From: Octopus sinensis
Lineage: Eukaryota
Direction: 5' to 3'
Assembly: GCF_006345805.1 (NCBI RefSeq)
Contig: NC_043021.1
Location: 12,958,001 to 13,022,000, forward strand
DNA length: 64,000 nucleotides
The notes below the pieces were generated by a model. It was not told the DNA's origin. It made no database searches and saw only the letters and a list, made by a program, of their open reading frames with translations. Below are positions 39,520 to 52,288 of this stretch, piece after piece. Made by a program: the position numbers and the translations under genes. Each line of letters starts with the position of its first letter. Position 1 is the stretch's first letter.

Positions 39520-40597
39520 CAAAGCTATAATGAAAGTGACAAAAGAGCATAGTCAGCATATTTTGCTTCATGAGTTCAAGAAAGGCAAAGGAAAGTGCGA
39601 GGAATATTAATGCAGTATATGGGGATCGGACAATAAGCATAAGCCAGTGTCAATAGAAATTCTCAGCCACTACCTACAGCCTAGAAGATGAGCCTTGTCC
39701 TGGAAGATTTGTAGAGCTCAATGAGGATGTCCTGCAAACCCAGGTGGAACAAATCCCATTGTAACTGTTGAGGAATTAGCAGAGAAGCTTGGATTTGGTT
39801 ATTCAACCATTCATCAACACCTGCGTACCATCAGAAAAGTCAGCAAATTGGGTCAATGGGTTCTTCACAAACTTTCCGAGTCTAATCGTGTGCAGAGAGT
39901 AAATGTGTGCTCTTCTCTGCTGTCACGTTTCATGAATGAACCTATTTTGGACCGAATAGTGAATGGTGACAAGAAACAGGCTCTCTATAAAAATGTCAAG
40001 CGCCAAAGACAGTGGGTAGGGAAAGGAAAAACACTAGCACCCCAAGCTAAAGAAAGTCTTCACCCATATAAGGTATTGTTATCTGGTAGGATATGAAAGG
40101 TTTAGTCCACTTTGAACCTTCAAACCCAAACCAAATGATAACAAAGGAGATCTACTGCAAGCAGCTCAAGTCAGTGCTAGAAGAAAAACGACTGTCTTTG
40201 GTCTCAAGACGAAAGGTGTTCTTCCATCAGGATAATGCTTGACCACATACAGTGAGGATGACATTCCAAAGACTGGAGCAGTTTGAATGGGAAATGATGC
40301 CCCACCCACCATATTTGCTGAACATTGCCCCATCTGACTATCGCTTATTCTGCACTCTTCAAAATCATTCGGATGGAAAAAATATGAATTCTGTAGATGA
40401 GGTCAGAACAGTACTAGAGGAGTATTTTTCATCACAGATAAGTGAATTTTGGAAGCGGAGCCTTGCAAGTCTACCAGATAGATGGAAGAGCATTGTAGGA
40501 AATGAAGGAGAGTATATTTTAGATTAAAAAAGAACTTTATCTTAATTTTGAAATATAAAAGTATAAAAAAAACTGCATTATTTGTGATGACCCAATA
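39520..40597 (+). mobile_element. Degenerate mariner transposon
   Basis: Mariner signature fragments GQWVLHKL, ILDRIVNGDKK, HPPY..NIAPSDYRLF and LPDRWKSIVGNEGEYILD. The 3' terminus-like sequence is gatgacccaata. Confidence 0.9.
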
Positions 40598-41180
40598 TTA
40601 AGCCAGTGGATCTCAACCATTTTTTGTCTATAGACCCCTTTGATTTCTATTTTATTTTGGCAGACACCATCACCACTCAAAGATCAAAAACTAATTTTAT
40701 AGATCCTTCTTTCAAAGTTCGTATTTCGCTTTTTCACACATTGAATTGTGTAGGTTGAACTATGTAGAACGTTAGAGAAAGAAACCTAGCTGTTGTCTTT
40801 TTTGCAAGAAATACAACCAAAGTAACATTCTTTCATGGACTCTCAAAATACTACTGTGTGTCACCCAATTTCCAGACACCCAAAAATCTTACACGGACCT
40901 CAGTTAAGAACCACAACACTAAACAAACACAAGCATTGCTAGAAATAGGAGTCAAAAAACAGAAGCACTTTCTATTTACTGACAGGGGAGATAACCTACC
41001 CACTACAAGCGAGTGAGAAAAAAGAAAACGTGCTTCTGTGGCTAGAGTTCTTTGAGTTTTATTTCTAGCAAGGCCGGTGCTCCCTGCACCCTCCATCATT
41101 TTTTAGTGATGGTGAGTTATATATAAACTTACTTGCCATCTAATGTTAACTCCACCATAACAACTTAAGATGTTATCAAT

Positions 41181-41720
41181 CTAGGTCGTCCCCAGGATGC
41201 CCCAAAACTGTTTCCACACGTTTTCCCCATTCATCTCGATCTTCCATAATGGTCCTCAGCTCCTGTGCCTCTTCCACACCAGAATCCTCCAGCGAGTTGT
41301 CGATATAAGTCGTCTTCCTCCTTCCTCTCCTGGTTCTTCCTTCCGTTGGTTGCCAGAGCACAAGCTTGTTAGCAATTTCATCGGTCTGATGCAGTGTCCA
41401 GCCGGCCTCATCCTTCTATGCTGCATCTTCAATGTTACTTTTGGTAGTCCCTGGTATAAGTGTCGGTATTTGTTGTATGACTCTTCCAGGAGACATTAAA
41501 TACCATTCTAAGAATCCTCGTATAACAACCGTCCAACTGCTTCTTCAATGCTATAGTGAGCATCCATGTTTCAGCCCCATATAGAACAGACTCCACACCA
41601 CTGTTACCAGAAACAACCTCACTTTCAATTTCCTTGCCAAAATTGAACTCCTTACCTTTCTCAATTTATGGCATGCGCTCCAGGCCAAAGCTTTCCTTGC
41701 TCTGATGTCTTTTTCAGTAC
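41181..41720 (-). mobile_element. 3' fragment of an RTE-like LINE
   Basis: LWQPTEGRTRRGRRKTTYIDNSLEDSG...ELRTIMEDRDEW, typical of the RTE ORF C-terminus. Confidence 0.7.
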
Positions 41721-41988
41721 TTTGTGTCCACGCACCAAAGTATTTAAAATTTTCAACTACCTTGAGCGACTTACTTTCACTTTCACAATGGGCTTCAAGA
41801 GTAGGTATATTAAACCAAACAGAAACATTCTACATGCTTATGCAAGAAATCATTATTTAACAACAAAACACAAAATCATTGAAATTTATCCCATCTTCTC
41901 CTTTTCACCAATGATAGAGTGGTCTTGTTCTAAAAGAACATCCATGTTTAAGTGGCAATAAATACAGTGATGTTTGATTGTCACTCAC

Positions 41989-42154
41989 CTGTCAGGATCA
42001 GAGTTTTCATTGCTAAATATTTCCATTGGTAACTTGGCAGGTGCTTTCTCAATTCCGAAAGAATGCTGTCGAGACTCCAAATGTCTTTCTAGTTCTTCCC
42101 GGGTCATCTGGCCAGCGATTCTTTCAGGCTGTGGTTCAGGGGCTTTGGGTGTAC
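41989..42154 (-). CDS. INO80E: INO80E exon 7
   Basis: ttatgtccag|GT+TPKAPEPQPERIAGQMTREELERHLESRQ...LPMEIFSNENSDPD+AG|gtgagt. Phase 1/2. Confidence 0.85.
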
Positions 42155-42947
42155 CTGGACATAATCCAAAGATATAATGGTTCAGTAAGACACGGCACTG
42201 AAGACAGTTGATAGGTAAAAGAGAATCAATTAGATAAGTGGTTCCCAACCATTTTTTCGCCTATGGACCTCTTCGATTCCTATTTTACTCAGGTGGACCC
42301 TCATAACCATTCCACGTTTGAAAAAAATCCTATTGTATTTTTCATCATCATCAATATCATTTAGCATCCATTGACCATGCTGGCATGGGTTGGATGGTTT
42401 GACCAGGGCTGGAAGGCTGCACCAAAGCATAGTTTCTATGGCTAGATGCCCTTCCTAACACCAACCACTCTGTGAGTAATGCGGGCTTTTGGGTGCAATA
42501 TACATGATACCAGTATCTGCTACAAATGTGATCTTACTTGGCTTGATGGGTCTTCTTCTCAAGCACAACATAATGCCAAAGATCTCGGAGGCCCAAAACT
42601 AAGTCCCAAGTTAGTTCTTACAGTGCTGAATCATGCACAAAAGCATTCCAACCATGGCCATTCTATCTATTGGTATATGTACATCTACATTGTCCAATGC
42701 CAACCTCCTTGGGACCACTCCTGCTTCACATTTTAAAATCTCACGTAAATTTATTCTCCAAATATCAGTTTAATATTGATGAAGTAATTTTTAAAAATTC
42801 TTGATTTTCAAAATTAATTGAAATAAAAACAATATATTTCAATAGAAATATGATGTCAAACTATACGATTTGAGGAACATTTAGCTGCAGTTTCTGGGAG
42901 GTCATATGACCTTGTAAAACAAAAGGAAAATAAACCAAAAGACTTAC

Positions 42948-43020
42948 TTGATTTTGTGGTTGATTTTTTAATTGTGGTTTTGGTTTTCTTTTTATTTTCT
43001 GGTGTGACTAAGGGAGATGG
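42948..43020 (-). CDS. INO80E: INO80E exon 6
   Basis: ttggcag|PSPLVTPENKKKTKTTIKKSTTKS+A|gtaagt. Phase 0/1; human has EPSPLRPKREKRPR. Confidence 0.8.
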
Positions 43021-43560
43021 CTGCCAAATGCAAGGATCAGGTGTGGAGGAATGGAAGAAAAAAAAGGAAAACAAAAACAACCCATGAATAATGCGAACTG
43101 CATGAATGTGCAGTAAGAATATTTAGCAATCAGACCACTCTATCTGATGTTGCGATTCACTAGAAATTACCTACATCAGTGAAAAGATCTGACCAACCAA
43201 GACTTTGCCTGGAACCGGCTCCAAAAACAACTTCATCTTTTGGTACTTATATATATATATAAATTATATATATATATATGATATAAATATATGCATATAT
43301 ACATACATATATGTATATACCTACATATATATGTATATATACATGCATATATGGGCACAGGACATCAAAAAAGACGTTGAACACAATGAGAAACGAAAAC
43401 ATAAAAACAAAAACATAGAAACGAACTTTTTTTTCGGACAACGGAAAAAACAAACAGAGAAACGAGACATACAACATAAAGAATATTCCCCTTCTACAGC
43501 TGTCCCTGTTTCAACTACTACACATTTCGAAGGCTATATGTATGTATATATATATATATA

Positions 43561-43778
43561 CAAGGAGGTGCTACAAAGTTCCTGGCTCTGGGTAAAAGCA
43601 AATACAAGAGGATCGGTTAATTACAATTTTATTCAACATGCTTCCCTCTCGCATTTGCACACTTATTGCAGAAGTCCTTCAGATTTTTCTAAGCCTTGTA
43701 AAAGAACTCAGAAGGCTGGGCCTCCAACTAAGCCTTTCTTGATAGCCTTAAAGCCAGGAACCTTTTAGTACCCCCTTG
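43561..43778. mobile_element. Tc1/mariner-type MITE with a TA duplication (related copies at ~4310-4505, 5780-5960 and 48080-48290)
   Basis: TA|CAAGGAGGTGCTACAAAGTTCCTGGCT...AGCCAGGAACCTTTTAGTACCCCCTTG|TA. Confidence 0.85.
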
Positions 43779-43805
43779 TATACATGTATGTATGTGCGTG
43801 TGTGC

Positions 43806-43849
<44 letters not shown>

Positions 43850-44869
43850 CACACATATGTAACAAGAATATTTAGCAATCAGATCACTATATCTGATGAC
43901 GTGATTCACAAGAATATTACCCATGTCATCGAAAAGATCTGACCAATGAAGACTTGGTCTGGAAGTGGCTCCAGGAATGATTTCATCTTTCGGTTCATTT
44001 CTTCCTGAGTCTAAACCTTCACCATATATTCACTGCACCTTAGTTACTCTGAAGAGACGAGACAGCAGACAGACAGTCAAGAGATGGTTGACAGCAGCTG
44101 ACCCAAGCTGACAGCAGCTAAAGCAATGAATGGACGATGGACAGCAGCTTATCCAAGCTGACAATACAAAAACAATGAACAGACGGTGAACTAGAGACAG
44201 AAGACAGTAGCATCACCAGCAGCTAGCACAATGAATGAACAACAACAGGAACACAAGAACCAGCGAACATTTCGACTGCTGCTACATCCACATCAATCCG
44301 AGAACAACAATATTCAAACACACTCAATGGTTTATTGGGCACAGTAACGACACCATTTTACTTGGTTACAAGGAAAGAATAATTATTTTATTTATCAGAA
44401 TTCTCAACTCTTTAGGCATAGGAGTGGCTGTGTGGTAAGTAGCTTGCTTACCAACCACAGGTTCAGTCCCACTGCATGGCACCTTGAGCAAGTTTCTTCT
44501 GCTATAGCCTCGGACCAACCAAAGCCTTGTTAGTGGTTTTGGTAGACGGAAACTGAAAGAAGCCCGTCGTATATATGTATGTATGTATATATGTGTCTGT
44601 GTTTGTCCCCCCAACATCGCTTGACAACCGATGGTGGTGTATTTACGTCCCCATAACTTAGCGGTTCAGCAAAAGTGACCGATAGAATAAGTACTAGGCT
44701 TACAAAGAATAAGTCTTGGGGTCAACTTGCTCGACTAAAGGTGTTGCTCCAGCATGGTTGCAATCAAATGAGTGAAACAAGTAAAAGAGTAAAGTTTAAT
44801 GTACTAGCTCACTTCTGCTGTTTACAGCAGTGCTTGGAAGGAAGGTGAGTAGCATGTGATTGTTGCACT

Positions 44870-45540
44870 GACCATGACAGAGAAAGTTGAGCAGAGAATC
44901 TGCATCAAATTTTGTCAAAAGCATGGTGATACCTGCTCAGACGCTGACACAAAGTTTTCATCATTCTTGACACATTTGTGTCATTTGTGCAACTCAAACC
45001 CGAGTGTCTTTTTGGTCAGCTGAAAGCAGTCTTGGCACAAACTTGGCAGACATGCGACTCATTCCCAAATCTTCAGTGATAATGGACTGAACTGAACCAT
45101 AACTAATCTACACATCATCTGATAACTTACAGATGGTGATTAAATGACTTTCCCCTCACAGCTGCATGCTCATCTGTGATGTTTTCCCCAGTTCTGCTGG
45201 TTGTGGGTCTTCCAGAATGTTTGTCAATATCGACATTTTTTCGGTAATCTTGGAAACGTCTGAACCACTCACACACTCTTCTCCATACATTTTCTGCAAC
45301 TTTGCATAGGCTTCTAAGCAGGTATCACCATGACATCTTTCTCTGTCAAGGTCAATGTGACGATCCCACACTACACACCCTCCTTCCAAGCACTGATGTA
45401 AACAGCGGAAGTGAGCTAGAACATTAAAACCTAGTACACAGACACAACAGAGTTTAAGGTCAATCCATGCCAAGTGGCTTCACTCTGCATGCTTTAGCTT
45501 CGTTACTATGGCAACAGACCGGATACTTATTGATCAGACC
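44870..45540 (-). mobile_element. Rearranged mariner 5' fragments in both orientations
   Basis: EQRICIKFCQK on the plus strand and GDTCLEAYAKLQKMYGEEC on the minus strand are mariner HTH-like. The segment atggtgatacctgct occurs in both orientations. Confidence 0.65.
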
Positions 45541-47802
45541 TAATATATACATATAAGACAAACAAGCATTTTCCTTCACATATAATAAACATATACATCA
45601 GACTCTACACACTTCTACCACAATGGTACAGTGACCATTTTCACGTATTTTGAATCAGAAAACAAACAAAAACAATCATCATATATCATTGTCATTTAAC
45701 GTCCATCTTTCCTGCTGGCATGGGTTAGATGGTTCAACAGGAACTGATGTACCAGAAGACTGTGTCGTGTTTCAATAACTGCTTGGCATGATTTCTAAAG
45801 CCAACCATTTTACAGAATGTACTGGATGCTTTTTCATGGTATAGTACTGGCACCAGTAAGGTGAAGAAGTCACTATATAACTTGTACGACTAAAGGTCCT
45901 CCTTAAACTGAATGGAAGCGTAAAAGAGGAGGCAGTTTTATGGAAGGGGCTGAGAAACTGAAGAACGACAGAGGTTGCCAAGAACAGGTTTTTTGCAGAG
46001 GTACATGGCTACCTTGGATTATATAAAAGTAGGTTGGAATAATTAGAGTGAAGCTGATAAGAGAGAAAATGAAGAGATATGAGAGCATAACTTAAAGGAA
46101 CAAGAAGGCGAATAGGAGAGAGAGTGTGGACAGAAGATGAAAGAGAAGGATGGACAGGTAGGGGATGCAAGAGTGCATGTGGAGAGTGAGAGATGGTCAG
46201 AGAAGGGAGTGAGGGCGTGGATGAATGTAGTGAACAGTGAATTAGAGTGGAAGGGTGAACAGTGATAAACACGAGTTGGAGTGTGATGAGTTGGGTGTTG
46301 GAAGAAACCAGCAAAACTCCTTGTAACATCAAAGATGAACTGAAGACAAAGATTATGGCAGCATTCACCAACTTAAACAAGGAGACTGCCCAGAAGAGTT
46401 GCAGAAGATTCTGAAGTCGTCTGGATAACTTAGTTATCATTCAGCTAGTGTTAGGAACATAAATTGTGACTAAGGTTCGGTGGAAGATTTTAATTAAAAA
46501 CTTATGAAAACAAGACATTTGTACTCAGAGCCAGGGCTGGTTTCAACCAGGTTAGTAACGAAAGAGTTAACGATCACATTATTGAAATCTCAAAGCTACA
46601 AGATAATGCATGATTAATTCGACTGGCTTCCGTGCCGGTGGCACGTAAAATACACCAATCCGACCGTGGCCGTTGCCAGCCTCGCCTGGCACCTGTGCAG
46701 GTGGCACGTAAAAAGCACCCACTACACTCATGGAGTGGTTGGCGTTAGGAAGGGCATCCAGCTGTAGAAACATTGCCAGATAAGACTGGAGCCTGGTGCA
46801 GCCTTCTGGCTTCCCAGATCCCCGGTCGAACCGTCCAACCCATTCTAGCATGGAGAACGGACGTTAAATGATGATGATGAATGTGAATGAAGAAAAGCAT
46901 TATATTTGACAGAGTAATCTGAATGCTAAGGAGTTACACTGGCCATATTACAGCCAAAATATTCTACCTGATTTATGATCAAACAGGCCAGATCCAGCCT
47001 CTTACACCTACCCTACAATGTTATTCTAAAAATAAACAATCACATTATAGAAATCTCAAGGCTACGAGATAATGCATGATTAATTCCAAACAATGTGAAT
47101 AAATAAGCATTGCTTTTGACAGAGAAATCTGAATGCTAAAGGGCGAAAGTGAGAATAAGCATAAAAAGAGATAGGCTTTGTTTTTTGCCTGTTTGTTATA
47201 CGCATTGATAGAACCCTTACTTGCTGTTTAAGGGTTACAGGGACCAAGTGTGAGAAGTATGAGTGTGTGTTGCATAGAAAGACTGGCAAAGAATGCAGTG
47301 GAATTAGAATGACTGGAGAAAGAGATGGAGTTGAGTAAGATCTGTTGGTGGTGCCATACTAATAGGAACACAACAAGAATTCCTGAAATTGGGTGAATTT
47401 AGAAAGCAGTGGTGGATGGCTTCATGAAAATCATGAATCAGCATTGCCTGTAGACACACATAATGTGAATGGAGGGCATGGAATTATTGCAAAAATACTA
47501 TGAATTGGGTGGAGGTAATTATGTGCTGTAATGGGATTGGCCAAAGAAGATTTACAAAGAATCAGTCAGGACAGATATGAGAATGTAGGACCTCACAAAC
47601 GAGATGGAAATGATGTGAGAGGATGAGAACTTGCAGAAGATTGTGGTATTGCAGACTTGTGCAACTGATACTTGTAGGGGAAGAAAAACAGATGTTAAAA
47701 TGACAATGATGATGATGACGATAATGATGATACAACATTTAATTGGGTGATGAAAATGAAGGTGATGATTATGATGCGACAGACGAGAAAGTTGGTACTT
47801 GC

Positions 47803-47959
47803 CAGAACAGGGTTTTGTGACAGCAAGTTTGTAAAGGAAGGGTTCACAAACAGTGTTGATGTGTCTGTCCCTAACAAATTCGATGATGATGGTGGAGATG
47901 TGACCACAGGTGCTGCACTGGAGCCAACACTACTGCTGCTGCTGCTAATGGTCTTTTTC
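47803..47959 (-). CDS. INO80E: INO80E exon 5 (Ser-rich), probable GC donor
   Basis: ttcaatttcag|G+KKTISSSSSSVGSSAAP...SQNPVL|gcaagt. Only the GC donor gives the phase 0 that the next exon needs. Confidence 0.72.
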
Positions 47960-49959
47960 CTGAAATTGAACAGAGCAAGTAATGATTTCTTAGCTAGAGC
48001 ATGAAATCAAGTAAGGTTACACGTTTCGCTTCCAGCGCCAACTGCAGGAGAGGAACTCAGGAAACAGATTGTGAAAACGGGTGCTGGAAAGTTCCTGGCT
48101 TTGGGTAAAAGAAAATACAAGAGGATCAGTTAATTATGATTTTATTCGACACATTCCCCTCTCACATTCACACACTTATTGCAGCAGTCTTTCATTTTTT
48201 TCTAAACCCTGTAAAGAACTTGGAAGGTTGACCCTCCAACCAGGCCTTTTGCAATACTCTTAAAGCCAGGAACTTTAGCAACCCCTAGTATAGTATATAT
48301 ACTATTTCCTACAACCAGGTTGATCTAATCCTTGTAAGTGAAAATGGGCAGATGGAAACTATAAAGAAGCTCTTCAGATGGACTGTAAGATCTAATCTGT
48401 CCTGCCTTTCAACACTACTGCTTGGAATCGCAAGATGGATTCTTCAAGCTGAACCAAACCAGTAGGAAACCAAGAACAACATGGTTGGATAACATCCATA
48501 ATCTCAGTTGGTCATGCTTGGTAATCCAGATGGAAAGTCTGACAGGACCCTATTGAGGACCATGACCTTCCCAGCAATAGCATATGGAGAAGACAAATGA
48601 ATATCTGGCCTTTGGTCACTTTTGGTACAAGAATCTGAACTTTTAAGCTAGTCTTTGGTCTGGAGATAGCCAATTTGCCATACAAATGGACAGCTCCCAA
48701 ATACAACAACAACCCATGAATAACGCTTTTGTTCTTTTTTTTTTCATTTTCCTGTAACCACATTTGGATGAGGTACCCGCAAATAGGCTTTATACCCTAC
48801 AGTTTCTCCTCAAAGTAGGAAAAAAAAACTGAAAATTTAATTGAAATGAATTGAAAAAAATAGGTGCCGGCTTGGTTGTGTGGTAAGAAGCTTGCTTGCT
48901 AACCACATGGTCCCGGGTTATAGCCTTCGGTTGACCAAAGCCTTGTGAGTAGATTTGGGAGATGGAAACTGAAAGAAGCCAATCATATATGTGCACGTGT
49001 GTGCGCATGTGTATGAATCTTTGTGCCCCACCTCCACTGCTTTACAATTGGTGTTGGTGGGTTTAAGTCACAGTAACTTAGTGGTTTGGCAAAAGAAAGT
49101 GACAGAATGAGTTCTAGGCTTAAAAATAAAAAAGAGTCCTGGAGTCGATTCTTTCGACTAAAACCCTCCACAGGGGGCGCTCCAGCATGGCCTCAGTCAA
49201 CTGACTGAAACAAGTAAAAGACTAAATCACAGAGATGTACCCATCAGACCCTCAACTGTATGTTGAAGCTAAAACAAGTACAGCAGGGACATGTGTTAAC
49301 CATTGAAAAGCACACAAGTACTGTTTCAACCAGTGGTCCTCAACCAAGGTCCACGCAAAGAAAATAGTAAATTGGGGACCCACCATAGTATTTTAAGGGT
49401 CCATAGAATAATTTTGCTTTAGATGGTATTCTGCAGTACTTGAGAAGACACGTCAAGCTAAGTAGAATCGGAGCCATCCATCTGTACATATAAGCATGTC
49501 CGTTATGGCAATGTCCCCACTCCCTCTCCCTGCTGAGAAATCTTTTTCTTGCAGGTGTCAGTGTCACGTGTAATGCACCTGTGCTTTAGATGGCGATCTG
49601 CAGTACTTGAGAAGACACGTCAAGCTAAGTAAAATTAGGGCCATCCATACATGTCAGCAAGTCTTTCGTAGCAATGTCCCCACTCCCGCTCCCAGCGGAG
49701 AAGTCTTTTTCTTGCAGGTGTCAGTGCCGGTGTCGCATGTAATGCACTTGTGCTGGTGCTATGTAAATGCACCAGAGCCAGTGACATGTCAGAAGCACCC
49801 AGTATACCCTGTAAAATGGTTGGCGTCCAGCCATAGAAACCATGTCAAAACAGACAAGTAGAGCTTGGGCAGCTCTCCAGCTGCCGAGCTCCTGTCTAAT
49901 TGTCCGACCCATACCAGCATGGAATATGGACGTTAAACAATGATGATGATGATGATGTA

Positions 49960-50873
49960 CAAGGAGGTACCAAAAAGGAACTGGAAATGTTCTCTGAGGG
50001 ACAAGCCTATTGTAGTTCAGGCCTCTGCCACTAGAAGCCACTTGATGTGACCCTCAAGCATCAGCCTGCCGACCGGCAGTACGACCCGTGTCTTGGGTCG
50101 TACTGCCACATGGTGCGTCTTTGCTTTGCAGTGTTTCTCCCTTGTTTGTTGATCTTTGCAATGGCTGAAATGAAGAAACAGTATGCTTCTGTGAAATTCT
50201 GTTTTCTGCTGAGGAAAACAGTGGCCGAAACAGCTGTCATGCTTTAAACAGCTTACAAGGAAGCTACCATGAGCAAAACACAAGTTCATGTGTGGTTTTC
50301 ACGCTTTAGCAATGGTCACTTGTCTCTTGATGACGAACCTCACGCAGAGTGATTGTCAACCTCCCAAATGAATGAAAAAATTATGAAAATTTATAAACTG
50401 ATCTTGTAGGACCATTGCCAAACAATTGATGACCTTGCTGATATAACCTGTGTGTCCTGGAGCTCCTGCCAAAGAATTTTGAGTGAAGAATTGTGAATGA
50501 AGAGGGTTGCAGCAACATTTGTGCTTGCTTGGTTATGGAAGATCAAAAGCAGTCACGACTGAATGCGTTTTGTGAACTGAAAAAAAAAACAGTTGAAAGT
50601 TGATTCACACCCATTTTGTCCCTCTCAATATAAAAAGTCCTTAGAGGAAAATGTTTTGCGAATGTGGAAGAGGTGAAAACAAAATTGACAGAGGCCTTAA
50701 AAGGCATCACTTTGCAAGAGTTCCAGGACTGCTTTGAACAGTGGAAAACGCATCTGGACCGATAAATTGCTTCAAATCGAGAATACTCTGAATGTTATAT
50801 ACATGTAAACATGGAAAACTAAGTGAATAAAATAATATTGCAAAATTTCTGGTTTCTTTTGAGTACCCCTTTG
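49960..50873 (+). mobile_element. Degenerate mariner-like element with both termini
   Basis: TA|CAAGGAGGTACCAAAAAGGAACTGGAAAT at the 5' end and an imperfect inverse at the 3' end followed by TA. Internal fragments KQYASVKFCFLLRKTVAET, SKTQVHVWFSRF and QEFQDCFEQWKT. Confidence 0.8.
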
Positions 50874-51316
50874 TATTTATGGCAAAAAAAAAACAGCTAA
50901 ATTTCTTTCTTTAACGTTTTATATCCAAAATAGTAATTCTGAAAGACTTATCAATAAATTTTAATTTTTAAACACCGGATAACTATGGGTAGTTCACCAG
51001 AATAAAACAGCAATCAAAGGGGTCCATAGACAAAAAGATGGTTGAGAACTCCTGCTTTAAACATTTATCACTTGGTGCCAAAATTTCGTTGCAACAGTTG
51101 TGAGTTGTCACTGACGCGATTTCACTGAATCTCACTGCATGCATGTCTTTTGAGATGAAGTGAAACCACATCTGCAACCAGATTGCAGTATTTGAAGAAC
51201 AAAAATTACCAACACCAAATAATAGATATCAAAGTGAAGTCAACAGTGTTTGTGCGGTTTCCAACGACTAATACAAGAGCTTCCCACACTCGAATAGAAG
51301 AAAGAATTTCATTTAC

Positions 51317-51436
51317 TTTTTCGTCACAATGCTTTCTCTGTTTATTTCTATGTCGCTCTCACTCGATGCTGTCGCGTCGGAGTCGCCCGATGAGTCGTTG
51401 ATATTTTCATATGATAATAGACGATCCAACAGGAAA
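51317..51436 (-). CDS. INO80E: INO80E exon 4
   Basis: [28 protein letters not shown], versus human [26 protein letters not shown]. Phase 2/2. Confidence 0.93.
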
Positions 51437-51607
51437 CTGAAACAAACAAACATCAACATTGCAAACCTTGACGAAATGATCAACATTCAGCATTATAAGC
51501 AGAAAGACAATCAAAGGCACAAATGTGTGTCCATATATGTATACATACATACATACATATATCCAACCCATGCCAGCATGGAAAACGGACATTAAATGAT
51601 GATGATG

Positions 51608-51648
<41 letters not shown>

Positions 51649-52217
51649 GCGTTAGGAAGGGCATCCAGCTGTAGAAACACTGCCAGATCTGACTGGCCTG
51701 GTGCAGCCTTCGGGCTCCCCAGACCCCAGTTGAACCGTCCAACCCATGCTAGCATGGAAAGCGGACGTTAAACGATGATGATATATATATATATATGTGT
51801 GTGTGTATGTATGTATTTTTAGTTTAGTATACTTAAATTATTATACATTTTCTATAAATCTTCTCTATTGATGTAAATAAGGCATTTATTTTTTTATCAT
51901 GTTTTTAGTGATTATGTTATTTTATTCCTTTTCTATGGTGTTCTGCCCGACCTGATTATTCTAACCCATAAGAAAGTCATTCACAGTGTTTTCTCGTGGA
52001 GAAAATTTCTCAGTGTAGACAAATGGTGTAAATACACCAGAATCAGCTTGCAGCATTACATTCCCTGAGTGTGAGATGCAAGCATTTTGGAGTGGTTATC
52101 TGCTCTTCAGTCACAGAAACCCAGACAGGGTGTGCTTCTGATAAACATTACAGTACAGAGCCATGCATATACATTTATAACATAAGTTTCAAAATAAAAT
52201 GTGAACAAGATGATTAC

Positions 52218-52288
52218 TTTTTGTCCCTGGAAACTTTCAGAAGTTTTCTTTGGGCCCTTCGCAATTCTTCAAGGAAACATTCTTGTTC
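52218..52288 (-). CDS. INO80E: INO80E exon 3
   Basis: [23 protein letters not shown], versus human [23 protein letters not shown]. Phase 0/2. Confidence 0.95.

Noticed and set aside
43205-43768. 187-aa plus-strand ORF
   Set aside because: It is a chimera of microsatellite, simple repeat and MITE sequence.
49430-49745. ~165-bp tandem duplication
   Set aside because: It is an internal segment of a dispersed repeat that also appears near 32020, 42530 and 54080, with no coding or box features.
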